A DNA stretch of 64,000 nt from Oikopleura dioica (taxonomy: Eukaryota > Animalia > Chordata): positions 10,726,001 through 10,790,000 of the forward strand of contig OU015567.1 of NCBI GenBank assembly GCA_907165135.1, in the 5' to 3' direction. Positions 13,975 to 25,884 of the stretch are shown piece after piece. Under the pieces are notes generated by a model. The model was not told the DNA's origin and searched no databases. It was given only the letters and a program-made list of their open reading frames with translations. Numbering within the stretch: position 1 is the stretch's first letter; the number at the start of each line of letters is the position of its first letter. The position numbers and the translations under genes are program-made.

Positions 13975-15078
13975 TTAGATTTTGTTGAAGGCGACAACAT
14001 CGACAGACTGGACGTAGTCCTCGAAGTTGGTGATGTTTTCTTCCAAAAGATCAGTGGAGACCTTGTCGTCTTCGATAACACACGTGATCTGAATGAAAAA
14101 TTAAAAATGAAACTAAAAAGAGTCTCTTTACCTGGAGTTTCTTAATACCGTAGCCGATGGCAACGAGTTTACCAGTTCCCCAAAGGAGTCCGTCCATTTC
14201 GATAGTTCGTACGTTGGCTTCGAGTTCGGCCATGTCGGTCTCGTCATCCCAGGGCTTGACATCGAAGATGATGTTAGACTTGGCGATGACCTTGCCCTTC
14301 TTCTCCTCCTTGGCGGCTTTTCGGGCGTTGTAGGCAGCGACTCGTTCGGCCTGAGAATGATAGTCACGCAATTTTCTCATTAGGACCTACCTTGATCTTC
14401 TCAGCCTCAGCATCGTCTTCATCGTCGGATCCGAAGAGATCGACGTCATCATCATCTTCCTCGGCGTCGCCAGCGGCGGCAGGGGCGGCCTGCACCTTGG
14501 TGTTACCTTCAAGAGCAGCTAATCTGAAGATGACGGATTAGCCACGCGGAAAATAGCGAAATAAGACTTACCGCTTGAGGACTTCCGCGAGGGTAGCTTT
14601 GAGCTCAACATTCTCCTTTTCTAATTTCTCAACACGATCCATATCTAATTTGGGGCCGGCCTGAAAAAAATCATGTTAGTTGTGTAAAATTATATTCAAA
14701 AAAGAAGAAAGAAAAACCGGCAAAAATGATTGTCTTACAAATTTCCACGAATAAACTTCTCTCAAGGTGAAAGAGTGTCTAGAAGAATATCAAATTCTTT
14801 ACATAAATTATCGAGAAAAAATGGTAATATCGCGCGGTAGCATCCGGCACGGGTTGAATCTCGGAAAACTTCGACTTTGTCTTCGGCTCCAAAATTATTC
14901 AATTTTTTTTTATGGAAAAAATTCCCCGCGTGCCGGATGCAACCGCGCTCTCTTGAGTTGTTCCGGATTCAACCCTTACCGATGCTACTTTTCCGGTGGC
15001 CTTGAACTCGAAAAAAGCGTCAAGGGCAGATTCGTACTGCTGCTGGTACTGCCACACGGTTTCAGCGATAGCGGCCAT
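13975..15078 (-). CDS. EEF1D: Elongation factor 1-delta
   Basis: Leucine zipper [13 protein letters not shown], acidic [11 protein letters not shown], and GEF domain [18 protein letters not shown]...[12 protein letters not shown]. Confidence 0.9.
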
Positions 15079-15639
15079 CTTAAGATAATTAAAATACAGT
15101 TGATCAAGAATAGTAAGGAACAGAATCTGTAGAGAAGAATCGTTACATAACAATTGCCACGTGAAAGCAAGAAAAATTAAAGGAAACAGGTCGGTTTCAT
15201 CAGTTCTCCAAGAAGCTCTTTAATGGTGTGATCTCTTCGATAAAAATAAGTTCAAGGGGAAGTTGGGGAAAGATTCATTAAAATGAATGAGCTTTAGGGA
15301 AATTCTTGAAGGGCACTTCAGATTCGTGGCGGTGTCTCATTACCACCCACAGGTCAGGTCGCTCCAGATCCTGGAGGACTTTTCCCACTGGAAGTTTTAC
15401 TTTTCTGAATTATTTTCGTTTCTCTCGGCATTTTCGATTTGTATTCGATCTTCTCAGAGCCATAAATTTATGTTTTTTCGATCATTATTACGATTCTTGA
15501 GACTATCGACACAATTGAGGATTTTCATTAATATTTTATAATTAAAAATGCTCTAATAATTAATTTAATATGTGATGGTTCTATTCTAGTAAATTCTAGA
15601 GCCCTGAATGGAATTTTCACCGGATTCTCTCACTCATGG

Positions 15640-15700
15640 CGCCTAGCCAATGAGCGCCGACGTAATGTGCAGTCTCGCGCGCCGATTGGTCACTTGGCAC
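15640..15700. promoter_or_regulatory. CCAAT-box GC-rich promoter between divergent genes
   Basis: CCAAT at 15647 and ATTGG at 15685 in a GC-rich island upstream of the 15773 ATG. Confidence 0.5.
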
Positions 15701-15772
15701 TAACTCTTCCACGTCCCGGGACCAGCTCGACTCAAACCAAAGAGAAGAAAATCGTGTAAATTCATCGAAAAA

Positions 15773-16840
15773 ATGAGCATGTTACGTCGAACCTCCGGTT
15801 CACTCACCAAAACCGTCAGACAGATTACTCAACAGGTAAGATTTTCTTCATTCAAACGTATTTCCGGCCCATTTTTTGGAAAACATAAATTATAATGTTA
15901 TTTTCAGCAACCTGTCAAGGACAATGTTTTACGAACAACTGCTCTTGGATCTGCCAAGTGCGTCGCTCAGAACCTTGGATCGTCTATGCCAAAGGTAACT
16001 TTCTTTCTGACTAACGGAGTAATAGACGGGTAAACGCAGTAATGAGGCGGTACCCGTAACCGTACAGATCCTTGGGGATATTAGTGTGCATCTTTGCTTT
16101 CCTAAGCAGAATAATAAAACGCGCCCCTGTGGAATTACTCAAGTTATTCCTTTGACGTGTTCTCATCGATTTCTGGATAAAGGTGTCGAAGGATCAGCCG
16201 CCCTCCCAAAACTGTGAGGAATAAGGTAGCACCGCCTCATCCAAAAATAGAGACAGAGAAAAAAACTTTGGATTTACCCGGTTTCTTGCGGCAGTGAGTC
16301 GATAGCGCCCTTTCGGCCCCCTTGTTGAAAATTTTCGAAAGGGCCATCGCCTATATCTGCCCAAAGGAACTGGGACTACTCGACGAAAGAAGCGGAAGCG
16401 GCCGATCTTGTCATCACTTGGGGAGAAGCAAGAAAAAAATGTGATAAAAATTGTTTTTAGACCTCCAAGGCCGACAAAGGACAGATGATGGTCAATCAAA
16501 TCACTTCTATCCGCCGACAAAATCCAATGCAGTTCCTCCAGAAAACCACTCAGTTTAGGAACGTATCGAAATTTGATAGTTTGAAATTCTTCTATTCCGT
16601 CTTTTGAAGCTTTTTCGATACCTCTTTGAAAGTATAAATGTCCAAAACGCTAAAGTGGTCTTATCATCGAACACTGCCAAGCTATCGAAAATGTTTGCCT
16701 CCTTCGACCTGACGAGTTGCCAGATCTCCTTCGCTGGAATGTTGGGCGACTTTGCCGTCTGGGCGATCACCGACATGTCCACCGGCGAACTCATCTACCT
16801 GATCGATGATAATGGGGGCTCTGAAATATTAGAAACGTGA
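15773..16840 (+). CDS. Hypothetical protein of about 102 aa (exons 15773-15835, 15908-15994, tentatively 16682-16840)
   Basis: Clean GT-AG intron 1; phase-0 join to a third exon with C-ending codon bias; basic Ser/Thr-rich N-terminus. Confidence 0.4.
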
Positions 16841-18305
16841 TTGACAGCAGGATCAAGGAGCCATGAGCTGTTGTCAACCACTTTTAGTCGGACTAGAAAG
16901 GGCACAATTCCGGTCATTTTTTAAAGATCAACTTAGAAACTAAGAATCTTTTGAAGACATTTTCGTAGAAGAAAATTTTCTGAGCCAAGCTATAGCACCT
17001 GAAATTGGTCGCTATAGAAACTAACTGTAGAACAGAAACGCTCCCAGTAATGATTTACAAATTATTCAATTCATAGTCATCCCTTGAAAGTCGTTAACAA
17101 CTGAATTCGCGATCGCCGGTTTTATAGAGCCCTGCGGCAGCGCATAAAAATCCTCTGTCAATTATTTTTTCATACAGTTCGAAAATGACGTTTGTTCTAT
17201 TGGGCTGTTTTTCGACTGCTAGAATTTCGATACAAATTTGAGATCCCTCCTCAGTGGCTAATTCGCGATTCGCAATTTTTGTCAAATCAACCTTTCATAG
17301 CCCGTTTCAGCTTTTGATCCCCCTTTTAGAGTATAAGACAGCCGCGTTCAGACCCCTTCGAAGTCATTAATTTTCTTCGGCGTTCCCTTTATTTCGCAGC
17401 CCTATTCAGCAGTTGATAGTCAGCCTAATACAAAATCCAATTATTCAGCAGCCCTTAGATAGTTTATGAACCTGACGATTTTTATATCAAAAATTCACTT
17501 TCTCTGGAACCAATTTGTAATTATATTTATAGAGTCCCCGCGCAGCACATAAGCTCCATTTCATAGCCCTAGAATATTTCATAGCCGCTCTGCAGTTGCT
17601 AACAGTGGCTTATCAAGGCCTCCAAATCCAAATTTACTTTTCTGAGCCTGAAAAGTGCTTGAGAAAATCAATTATTTCAAATAGCCCAGACTCAGCCAAT
17701 AGTATTCACTCTCCTTTTGGAACCCCTTCTAAGTCTATAATTTTTGAGTCCCGAGACTAGCATCTGATTTCTGAGCGCCGTTTAGCTATTGAAAAAAAAA
17801 CACACACTAAGTAAATTATTAAAGTTTCGGGCTTCTCTCTAACTGTTCTACTGTTCAACATCTCTGCGCTTGCAACTGTAACTTGCGCGATTTTTTTCTC
17901 AAAAAAGCGTCAACAACGCATCACTTGAAATTCGACTGATGCCTTGTCGTCGCAATCATTCACCTTATTATTGTCAAACTGTTTGAAAATAATAAATTTC
18001 AAACTCAAAGTTCAAACTATCAGCTAACAGCTAGCCTCGATTTTGGACGAGCAATTTACCGCTTGGTCAATTTGCCCAAAGGTCTCAAAGGAGCGCTAGC
18101 TACTCTTCTTGCTTGCTCTTTTTAGGTTTTGTGTATTTGTGAACTGTAAAGTATATATAATATAAATAATTTTGTGAACTCGTATACAAAGGGGTAGCAC
18201 TGATCCGGGATTGTTCGAGAGACATAAGTACAAATTGAAAGGGATCTTTCGCAGGCGTTCATTTTGGCAGTCGATGCAGGGAAGTATTTGCAATTAACTA
18301 ATTGG

Positions 18306-20651
18306 TCAGCCTTCTAAGGGCTTATCGGCTGAGGGGTCCATCAAATCGGCCGTCCACGAGAAGGGCACGCCATCGAACACTTCCAGGTTATCGGGCTCGA
18401 TCGCTCTGAAGAAACGCCGGAGAACAGTTTCGACAGGGGCGTCCATGTGGGTCTTCGCTGAGCGACCCTTGTTTCCTCCTGGGATCAAGCAATCCGAATC
18501 TGGACGCGCTTGAATGCAGAAGAACCCTGTGTCTGGCATTTGATGAAAGTTCTTGTCGGTCAAGTACTGCTCCGCGCCCAGGAACTCTTGGATTCTTTGC
18601 ATCGCATGAGCAGGTCGGACTAGAAATCATTTGTAACGCTGTGACATCATATTGTATGTTAGAAAAGGTCATTCGCGGTTAAATTCAAAAGGCTGTCTAG
18701 CTTGACAAGATCTGAGTGGCGCTCGCGGATCAAGTCGAGGCTCCGCGATAAACCGGAACTTCTGCGAGTGTTGCCCTTTACTCAGCCAGACATAATTACG
18801 TCAGAGTACTATTTCTAATCGCACCTTTGAGGTCGTTTCCATCGACTACCAGCACTTGCTCGCGGGGAAAGTATCTGTACCAGTGCGCGAGTAAATAGCC
18901 GTACGAGCTGCGCGCTAGAATCGAGGCAGGCATCAAGTACCGCCGTCCAGTGCGCATTCCATTGTCCAAATAACGATGAAATTTTAAACGTATCTCTTCG
19001 TATGGCACTTGATCCTCCGGCAGCTGGATAAGCGCCTTGGCCATTGTAGCGTTGATTGTTTCCGCCAAAGCTTGGAAAACAACTTCTTCGAACGTTCTGA
19101 ACGCGATAGTTTATTATCAGAAGGAGATTATTCCACCGGGGGTTATTTCATTAGAGCGCGAGCTCTGGAGAATTCCTCAGCTGTTGAAAAATTTATAAAA
19201 TTCAATTAGCCGGCTGTTGCTGAAGACAAACGAGGAAGTTAACTTGGAATATCGAATTTATTGGCCTTACTTGTGTTTTAATTCTTGAGCTCCAGGCATT
19301 TGCCAACCTTGTGGCCTCGTAATATTCAACGCGTGAAGATAATGTGAGAAGGCTCGATGAACAGGGTCACATACGACCGCAATGAGCTTGAGATCCGGCT
19401 TGAAGTGGAACATGCGACTGGGCACTTTTGGATCATGCATGTAATCCGGCGTCTTTTCGAAAATTAGCAGTTCTGGATCGCCGTACGGCATTTGGTCGAA
19501 ATAAGCTTTGTAGCCCTGAAAGATAAACGCTTAACCAAAGTTTCGAGGCTGATCTTATCAATCACTGCACACTTTCACGGTACTGAATGCTTTAGAACCT
19601 CCCCAAGGGCAGAGCAAAGTTCAATCCGTCAAAGTCACTTAACGCTAAAAATTCAAACCTTTCGATAGTTTCCTTCTCGCTCGAAGAAGTGAAGCTCACC
19701 CTCAACTGGGGATCGCATTCCTGGGTGGAAGTTCATGAAGTACTGGAGAGCCGTAGTGCCGCATTTCTGCATTCCCATGACGATAAAGTCAGGAAATCGC
19801 TTCCGAATACCTTTTAATTGAATATGATAACAGTTTGCGTACAAAACGCTTTCAAGGATTACAGTAAGAGGGTTTTAGATAAGTGAGGAACAAACCTTGT
19901 TCTTTTGCTTCCGCCTCGATAGCAACAATATCTCCGTTGATAAGACCAGCATGTTCATCAGGAATCTTAGGAGGATGAATTCCTAATATTTTCGTCCTAG
20001 CTGCGGGCGCAACTGGTTGCTGGGCTATCAGCTGATCCGCAATTTGTGCCTTCTCCTTTTCGAAAAACTTCCGCAGGTGTTCATCCTAAAAATAAGAATT
20101 TTTTAACTAGACATTTGAAAAAGAGGCTAAGCTAATTTTATTCAAATTAGGCGCCCTGGGCGACGGATAATTTATGTTTAACAATTTTTTCTGTCAAAAT
20201 AATGAGTTTTCTTAGCTTCAGACTGCAAAGCGATACGTTTATGAATCGTAAAAATGTAAATTATTTGACTGTAATTAAGCTTGGTGTAAAAGGTCGTTTT
20301 ATTTTATGCCATAACCAGACTTATGATATTATCTAAGAACACGTTCAAGCCTTCGTGATAAATTGGCTTAGAGGTTTGTGTGTCTTCCTAAATTATTCAA
20401 ATCTAATAAACCAGATCAAAAATGTTCAAGGAAACACGTCTAACACTGAATCTAGGGGAGATTATTATAGCACTCGAATCTGACATGTCATCTTATAGGC
20501 GCTTCTTCGTTTCGCTGCATTTTCCCACGTAACGTGATAATTACTTATTCCAGCTTACCTTTCGCGTGTTATGATAAATGTGAAGATATAGCTGAAGGAG
20601 AATCAGAGCAACAGAGATAGTCAAAAAGGAACATTGGAAGTTCTTGCGCAT
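18306..20651 (-). CDS. Heparan sulfate 3-O-sulfotransferase-like Golgi sulfotransferase
   Basis: 5'-PSB motif GMQKCGTTAL, ELHFF, EKTPDY, DPVHRAFSHY, HWYRYFPREQVLVVDG; N-terminal TM anchor. Confidence 0.85.
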
Positions 20652-21274
20652 CTTTTCCTTTCGGCAGATTCTTTTTAGCTTCATTTACGGACAACCTTTC
20701 TCTCCATAATATGCATCTATTTCCGTGTTTATTTTAAATTTACAGCTCGATCTTTGTCAAAATGTGAGAAAAAGTGTACAAATAAGGGGTTAGAGCTGAG
20801 CAGCGGCAACGAACGCCCGCTGAAAAAATGAAGGATGAAAGGGCCGCGGGCAGTTTTGAGCAGCCGGTCCTCCGAATAAGCCCCTCAGACTGGCTCGCGA
20901 TTAGCCAAATCAATTTGTGATACATTAATTTGATAACTCGCCCGATAATTTTCCTCCCGGGTCGGATTCTCGGATCTCCGCTACTGCCGACTGGTTAAAT
21001 TTATTGACTTTTAGAACCTTAACATACTCTCGAATACGTGTAATTCTTTATCTCTTTGTAAAAATATCCAGATATGATTTCGTAGTTGAAAGAAATTGTG
21101 ACCTGAAAATGAAGGAAAAAATTTAAAACTACCCAAAATAATTAGCTTTTTCGAGCCATTAACTTTCCATTCAATCATAATAAAGCTAGATTTTATCTAT
21201 TTATAGCAATGCTCCTCTAATCAACGGTAAACTTGGGCATCATTTTTTATGAATTTATTGAAGTATCTGTTGCA

Positions 21275-21658
21275 TTACAGAGACTCATGATTGCATTCTC
21301 CAGAGTGCATAACTCGTGCCATTTCGCTTTTGATTCCCTTTCCGCAGATTTCACTTCTAAACTCGCACAAATTTCCGAAGGTACGCATCTGGTTATCCCC
21401 AGCGTTGGCACAGACGGGGTCGAGAATTCTTGGGCAAGCTCGTTCGCAGTTGGAGTAGTCAACACATGTTCCATCGTATGCTTTCACAAGATTGATTCCA
21501 GTCTTCGCATTTCTAAGCTCACAGGCAGCGGTTTCGAGAGAGCAGTTGTTTGTGTAGGTATTTCCATCAGAGCCGCAAACTTCCTCAATATTCATCGGGC
21601 ACATCTGCGCACATTTCTCTGCGAATGCAAAGCCTGCGAAAAATCCAAAAATTTTCAT
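21275..21658 (-). CDS. Secreted two-domain Kazal-type protease inhibitor
   Basis: Signal peptide; CPMNIEEVCGSDGNTYTNNC and CPRILDPVCA..TFGNLC..C..GEC. Confidence 0.9.
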   Translation of the reverse strand: MKIFGFFAGFAFAEKCAQMCPMNIEEVCGSDGNTYTNNCSLETAACELRNAKTGINLVKAYDGTCVDYSNCERACPRILDPVCANAGDNQMRTFGNLCEFRSEICGKGIKSEMARVMHSGECNHESL

Positions 21659-22405
21659 GCTTTCTGATATTTATCACGTCAAATTTTTAAATGTGCGTTA
21701 TAAGGGCCCCTGCATCTGTCTTATTCACACAACGATGACATTTTTGAATCATTTTCAAGTCAAATAAAACGTAAAAGCGATCATCAAGATAATTCGCTAA
21801 TTCTTACGCTGAATGAGACATTGAAAATGACAAATGATTTCCATTAGTTAATGTTTTATTAAGAACTATTAGAAAAAAAATAAATAAACAAACAAATAAC
21901 AGGAAGTCCACACAAAATTGGTACAATTTTGAATTTTCGAAAGTTTGCGAGAGAGAAGGTTTGTTATAGTAACATAAAACAAAACATCAAACACAAAAAT
22001 GTAAAGGATAGGAAGGAGTGTGGAAAGAAAAAAAATCAAAATAAAAAACGACTAACACTAAAAAAGTTATGTTTTGCAAACAGCACAATTACTGTAATAG
22101 AGGACGATATATTGTTTTGAAAAGGAACATATACGAGCTAGGAATTTACAGCGCGGACTAAAAGGAGGTAAAATCGAAACATTGAAGACATATCGAGGCT
22201 GACGGAGTTAATTCAACTCGTCGTTACAATTTAGATGGACTTGAAGCGTACATTTTCATCTTGAACATGAAAGTTGGAGAGAGTAGAGTTTTCGTAAGTC
22301 AAGAAAAGGGACATTGATATTAAACACAGACTGAATGCTTTTACGAAACATAAAAAGTATAGAGCATTTAACAAAAATGCAGACAATAAGACATCTCCAG
22401 TCAGC

Positions 22406-24073
22406 TTATTCTAACAAGCTTGTGAAAAATGGAGGCTCGACATTATGAGGACCCCAAATGGGCGGAGTCGCGGACTTGGTCCCGACGTCTGGGATAAAGG
22501 GAGGAGAGAAGTTACTCGGGAAAGGAGGAGTAGGCGTCGGTTTGAAGGTCGTTTTTTGGCGGGGCTTTTTCATCTCGACTTTTAGGCGTTTGTCATCAAC
22601 CTAAATCCAGATTCATACAACTCGTTTTCATTAACGAAGTTACCTGGTAAGTATTGAACCGTTTGATGGCAGCTGAGGCGTCAATGATATGCTTGTAAGA
22701 AACAAATCCAAAGCACTTGGACTCTTGAGTATGCCGATCTACATAGACTTTCGCAGAAATAAGCTCTCCAATAGTTGAAAATAATGCATACAAGTCACTG
22801 AAAAATGTCAGAACTAAACAGACTGGCTCATAACTTACGAGTCATTGAATCGCTTTGGCAAGTGATAGACAAATAGATTCGCGCCTTCAGGACCAGATTG
22901 AGTTCCTCCAATTGTTGGATTTTCATTCGACGACTTCGTAGAATCATCAGAGGCGTTTCCTGTTGATCCGCCATTGTCATTATTATTGTTCCACCCATTT
23001 CTCATAGCGTTCTTGTTTTGGGCATAGCCAGTAGCTTGATTTATCGGTACAACAGGGAAAGATTGCTGCGCCGGGGACGAAGAGGGCAGCTTGGTTGAAG
23101 AAAGAGCAAGATTACAGAGAGAAGGAAGCAATAGCTTCCCAACGAGGTCGTCTTCGTCAGCGCACAGACGCTGCAATTGCATGGCACACGACTTGAGCTT
23201 GAAAGGAGATTGAACCGAGATAAAATTGGCAATTTTTACCTGGCGCTCAAGTTTTCTCTTTTCCTTCTGCTTGGGAGTATCAGCGAGCTTGACAACCATG
23301 GCTTGGGAACAATTCGAACTTACCATGGTGTTATTCAAGGCTTGAACTGCTGATTGAGCTTCTAATCGACTACAAAATAGTCAAAATTTCCATCGTTGAG
23401 AAAGATGATTACCTAGAAAAAGTCAGAAAGGCACAGCGACGACTAGTTCCATTGAAATTTCGGAGGACTTGGAGTTCTTGGATCTTTCCATACGGCTCAA
23501 ACATCTTTTGAGCATCTCTTCGTCACAAGTGATTGGAAGCATTCCAATGAAAAGTCGTCGATCACTTCGTTTTTCGGAATCTGCTGCGCGCATTTGGACA
23601 GGGTTCAGCATTCCTGAAATTTTGATCTATCGACAATTGTTTGGATTCATAAGTATGCAGCTGGCTGTAGTTTGAAAAAGTTATAGAAACCTGGTAAAAC
23701 ACGAAGGCCGTTGAGGGCTCGTTGAGCATCATCGGCTGATTTCTTCTCAAAAAAGGTTACGAAGCAGCAACCACGAGAGTGACCAGTGATACGATCACGC
23801 AGAATTTGAAGATCGAACACTTCGCCGAATTCTTTAAACATCACCTTTTTGAAAGGTTAAAATATAAGGTTGTAAAACTCAACAAAGTATCTCATTGAAC
23901 TACTGGTAAAAATCTTTGCTGATTTTAACCCTTAGCAAAAGCTCACGCTCTCCCCATGCTCTCGGGATTTGGCCGACAAACATTTTCTGTCCTCGAGGTT
24001 CCAACTGCATCGCGTTTGGATTGACGCCAACCCACCCGAGCGATCCAATCTTTCCATTCGCGTCCTCACTCAT
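22406..24073 (-). CDS. CELF/Bruno-family RNA-binding protein (3 RRMs)
   Basis: KMFVGQIPRAWGE (RRM1), RRLFIGML (RRM2), GPEGANLFVYHLP..SKCFGFVSY (RRM3). One apparent 1-bp deletion at 23506-23509. Confidence 0.85.
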
Positions 24074-24166
24074 TTCCCTTTGCAGGGCGTTCTGAAATTG
24101 ACAATCGTCAGATTAAAAATATGTCCATAGTGATAATTGGGCAGATAAAGTGATAGTCAGGATTGT

Positions 24167-24997
24167 TCATTCAATCTTATCTTCAATGTACTTGAGCATT
24201 TCACGTTGAAGCTTTGCGCCGATAGTTTTTCCTGGTTTAGTTCGAATGTAGTAAGGTAATAGGCGAAAGAGCTTGTCGTGCATGTGTTCGACAACATTGC
24301 GCTCGTGCTCTTCCTCTGTTCCAGTTGGATTGCGATGACGCGTGTACATTCGGCATCGCTCAATCCCATCGTATCCTATTGAGAATAAATTAACTTTTAA
24401 TGGGCAACTCAAACCTATAGCGTCGAGCTTGTCAGCGTCAGAAACGATGTTTCTCAAAAGCATCACGTGCTTTGGCAAATCTTTATTCAGTTTTCCTTTC
24501 TTTTCTTTCGAAAAAGAAACATTCTCGCATATTTCTATAACCCAATCGATTTCCTTTTCTGTCAGTTCAACTGACTTCTTCATTTGGACTCATTCACGTA
24601 ATAGTTAAGTCGCCTGAAAAAGATGAAAGACATAAATGCTTCCGTTTTCGTCTGATAAACGCCGAAGTTAAATGTCTATGTCGCCGATAAGACTCAGCGT
24701 GTTTTTAATTTGTTTATAAGCCCATTCCAGAAATTCTTTCATTTTATCGAGGCCACTTGCGTTATCGCTTACGTACTTGTGATCGAAGACGTCGTGGACG
24801 AGGGCAGCCGTCTCTGCCACGAGGAATCCATCGACTTCGCCAATATCGGCTACGTCATTCTCAAGTCCAGCAAGAATTTGTTGAGTGTACTCCCGGACTC
24901 TGCGAAAATGCTCTATAGCGTGGGATGCGTCTCTTCCTTCCGTCATCTGTTCAGCCCAGATCTCAACTTTTTCGAGTTTTTGTTTGTGGCTGCTCAT
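24167..24997 (-). CDS. HD-domain metal-dependent phosphohydrolase (YedJ/YpgQ-like)
   Basis: SHAIEHFRRV, ALVHDVFDHKY and IVSDADKLDAIG..GIERC..Y motifs; contains a GT-AG intron. Confidence 0.8.
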
Positions 24998-25081
24998 TCT
25001 GCAACAAAAATTTGATAAATGAAGGTTTTAAATAACAGTATCTGTATTGAAGAATGTCTATAAACTATGTAAGTAAGAATT

Positions 25082-25675
25082 TTATGATGAAGGAGGAGGT
25101 GAAGAACACTTTGAAGGTGGAGGTGGAATATTCAGTTCAGAAGGATTCGGAAGATTCATTGATGCTGGAGCACGTGCTTTTGAAGAAAGATCCAAGAAAT
25201 CAATCAGTTCGTACGCTTTTTCTATATCGGTCCATCCTGGGTTAAGAATCCTTTTTCTTTGCTTGGCATTCATTTTGCCGGACACAATGTGCATGTGTAA
25301 ATGGTACTAAACACACTGAGATGCATAAATATGAAAAGTGCAATACCTGGGAATTGAAAGGAGGCTGATGAAAGCCAACATGCTTCTCCATTTTTTCAAA
25401 GTCCGCTAGATGCGCTTTTGCTGTTAATAACAAACTGTCGAGTGTTTTCGCATCATCGACAGTCGTGATGTCTCGAATATGCTCTCTTGGCAAAACTAGG
25501 AGATGAAGATCAGCTGCTGGCCGGATGTCTTCAATTATCACATTTGTATCATCTTCGTATACTTTCTGTCTAAAATCTCAAGATATCAACAAATTCTTTT
25601 GGAAAATATTATTTTTAAGATGCCTTACATTTCCGGTTCGTTGATTATACTGCAAAATGTACAGCCTTTTTTCAT
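25082..25675 (-). CDS. HINT3: HIT-family protein, HINT3-like
   Basis: CTFCSI, DIRPAADLHLLVLPREHI, GFHQPPFNS and YHLHMHIV (HIT motif). Confidence 0.8.
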
Positions 25676-25884
25676 TCTAAACGTATAAGAATTAAAGCTA
25701 ATGGAGGATTCGATAAGTGTGTGGCAGGAATAAGTCTTAGCTTTCAGTGAACTTGTAAATATTATACAAAACTTGAGGAACCATCATTCAAAACTCCATC
25801 AGTGATTCAAGCTGACTAGCAGCATTCGACGATTCGGCCAAATCTCGTTGAATGTTCCTCTGTGATTTCACTAAAGAAACATTT

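Noticed and set aside
15180-15440. GC-rich hairpins upstream of EEF1D, considered as RNase P/MRP or snoRNA
   Set aside because: The partial CR-I/CR-V-like words do not pair to form P4; may be a small unresolved gene or UTR.
18626-19270. Hairpin and C/D-like boxes in longer HS3ST-like introns
   Set aside because: Box C is non-consensus, and there is no terminal stem or identifiable guide.
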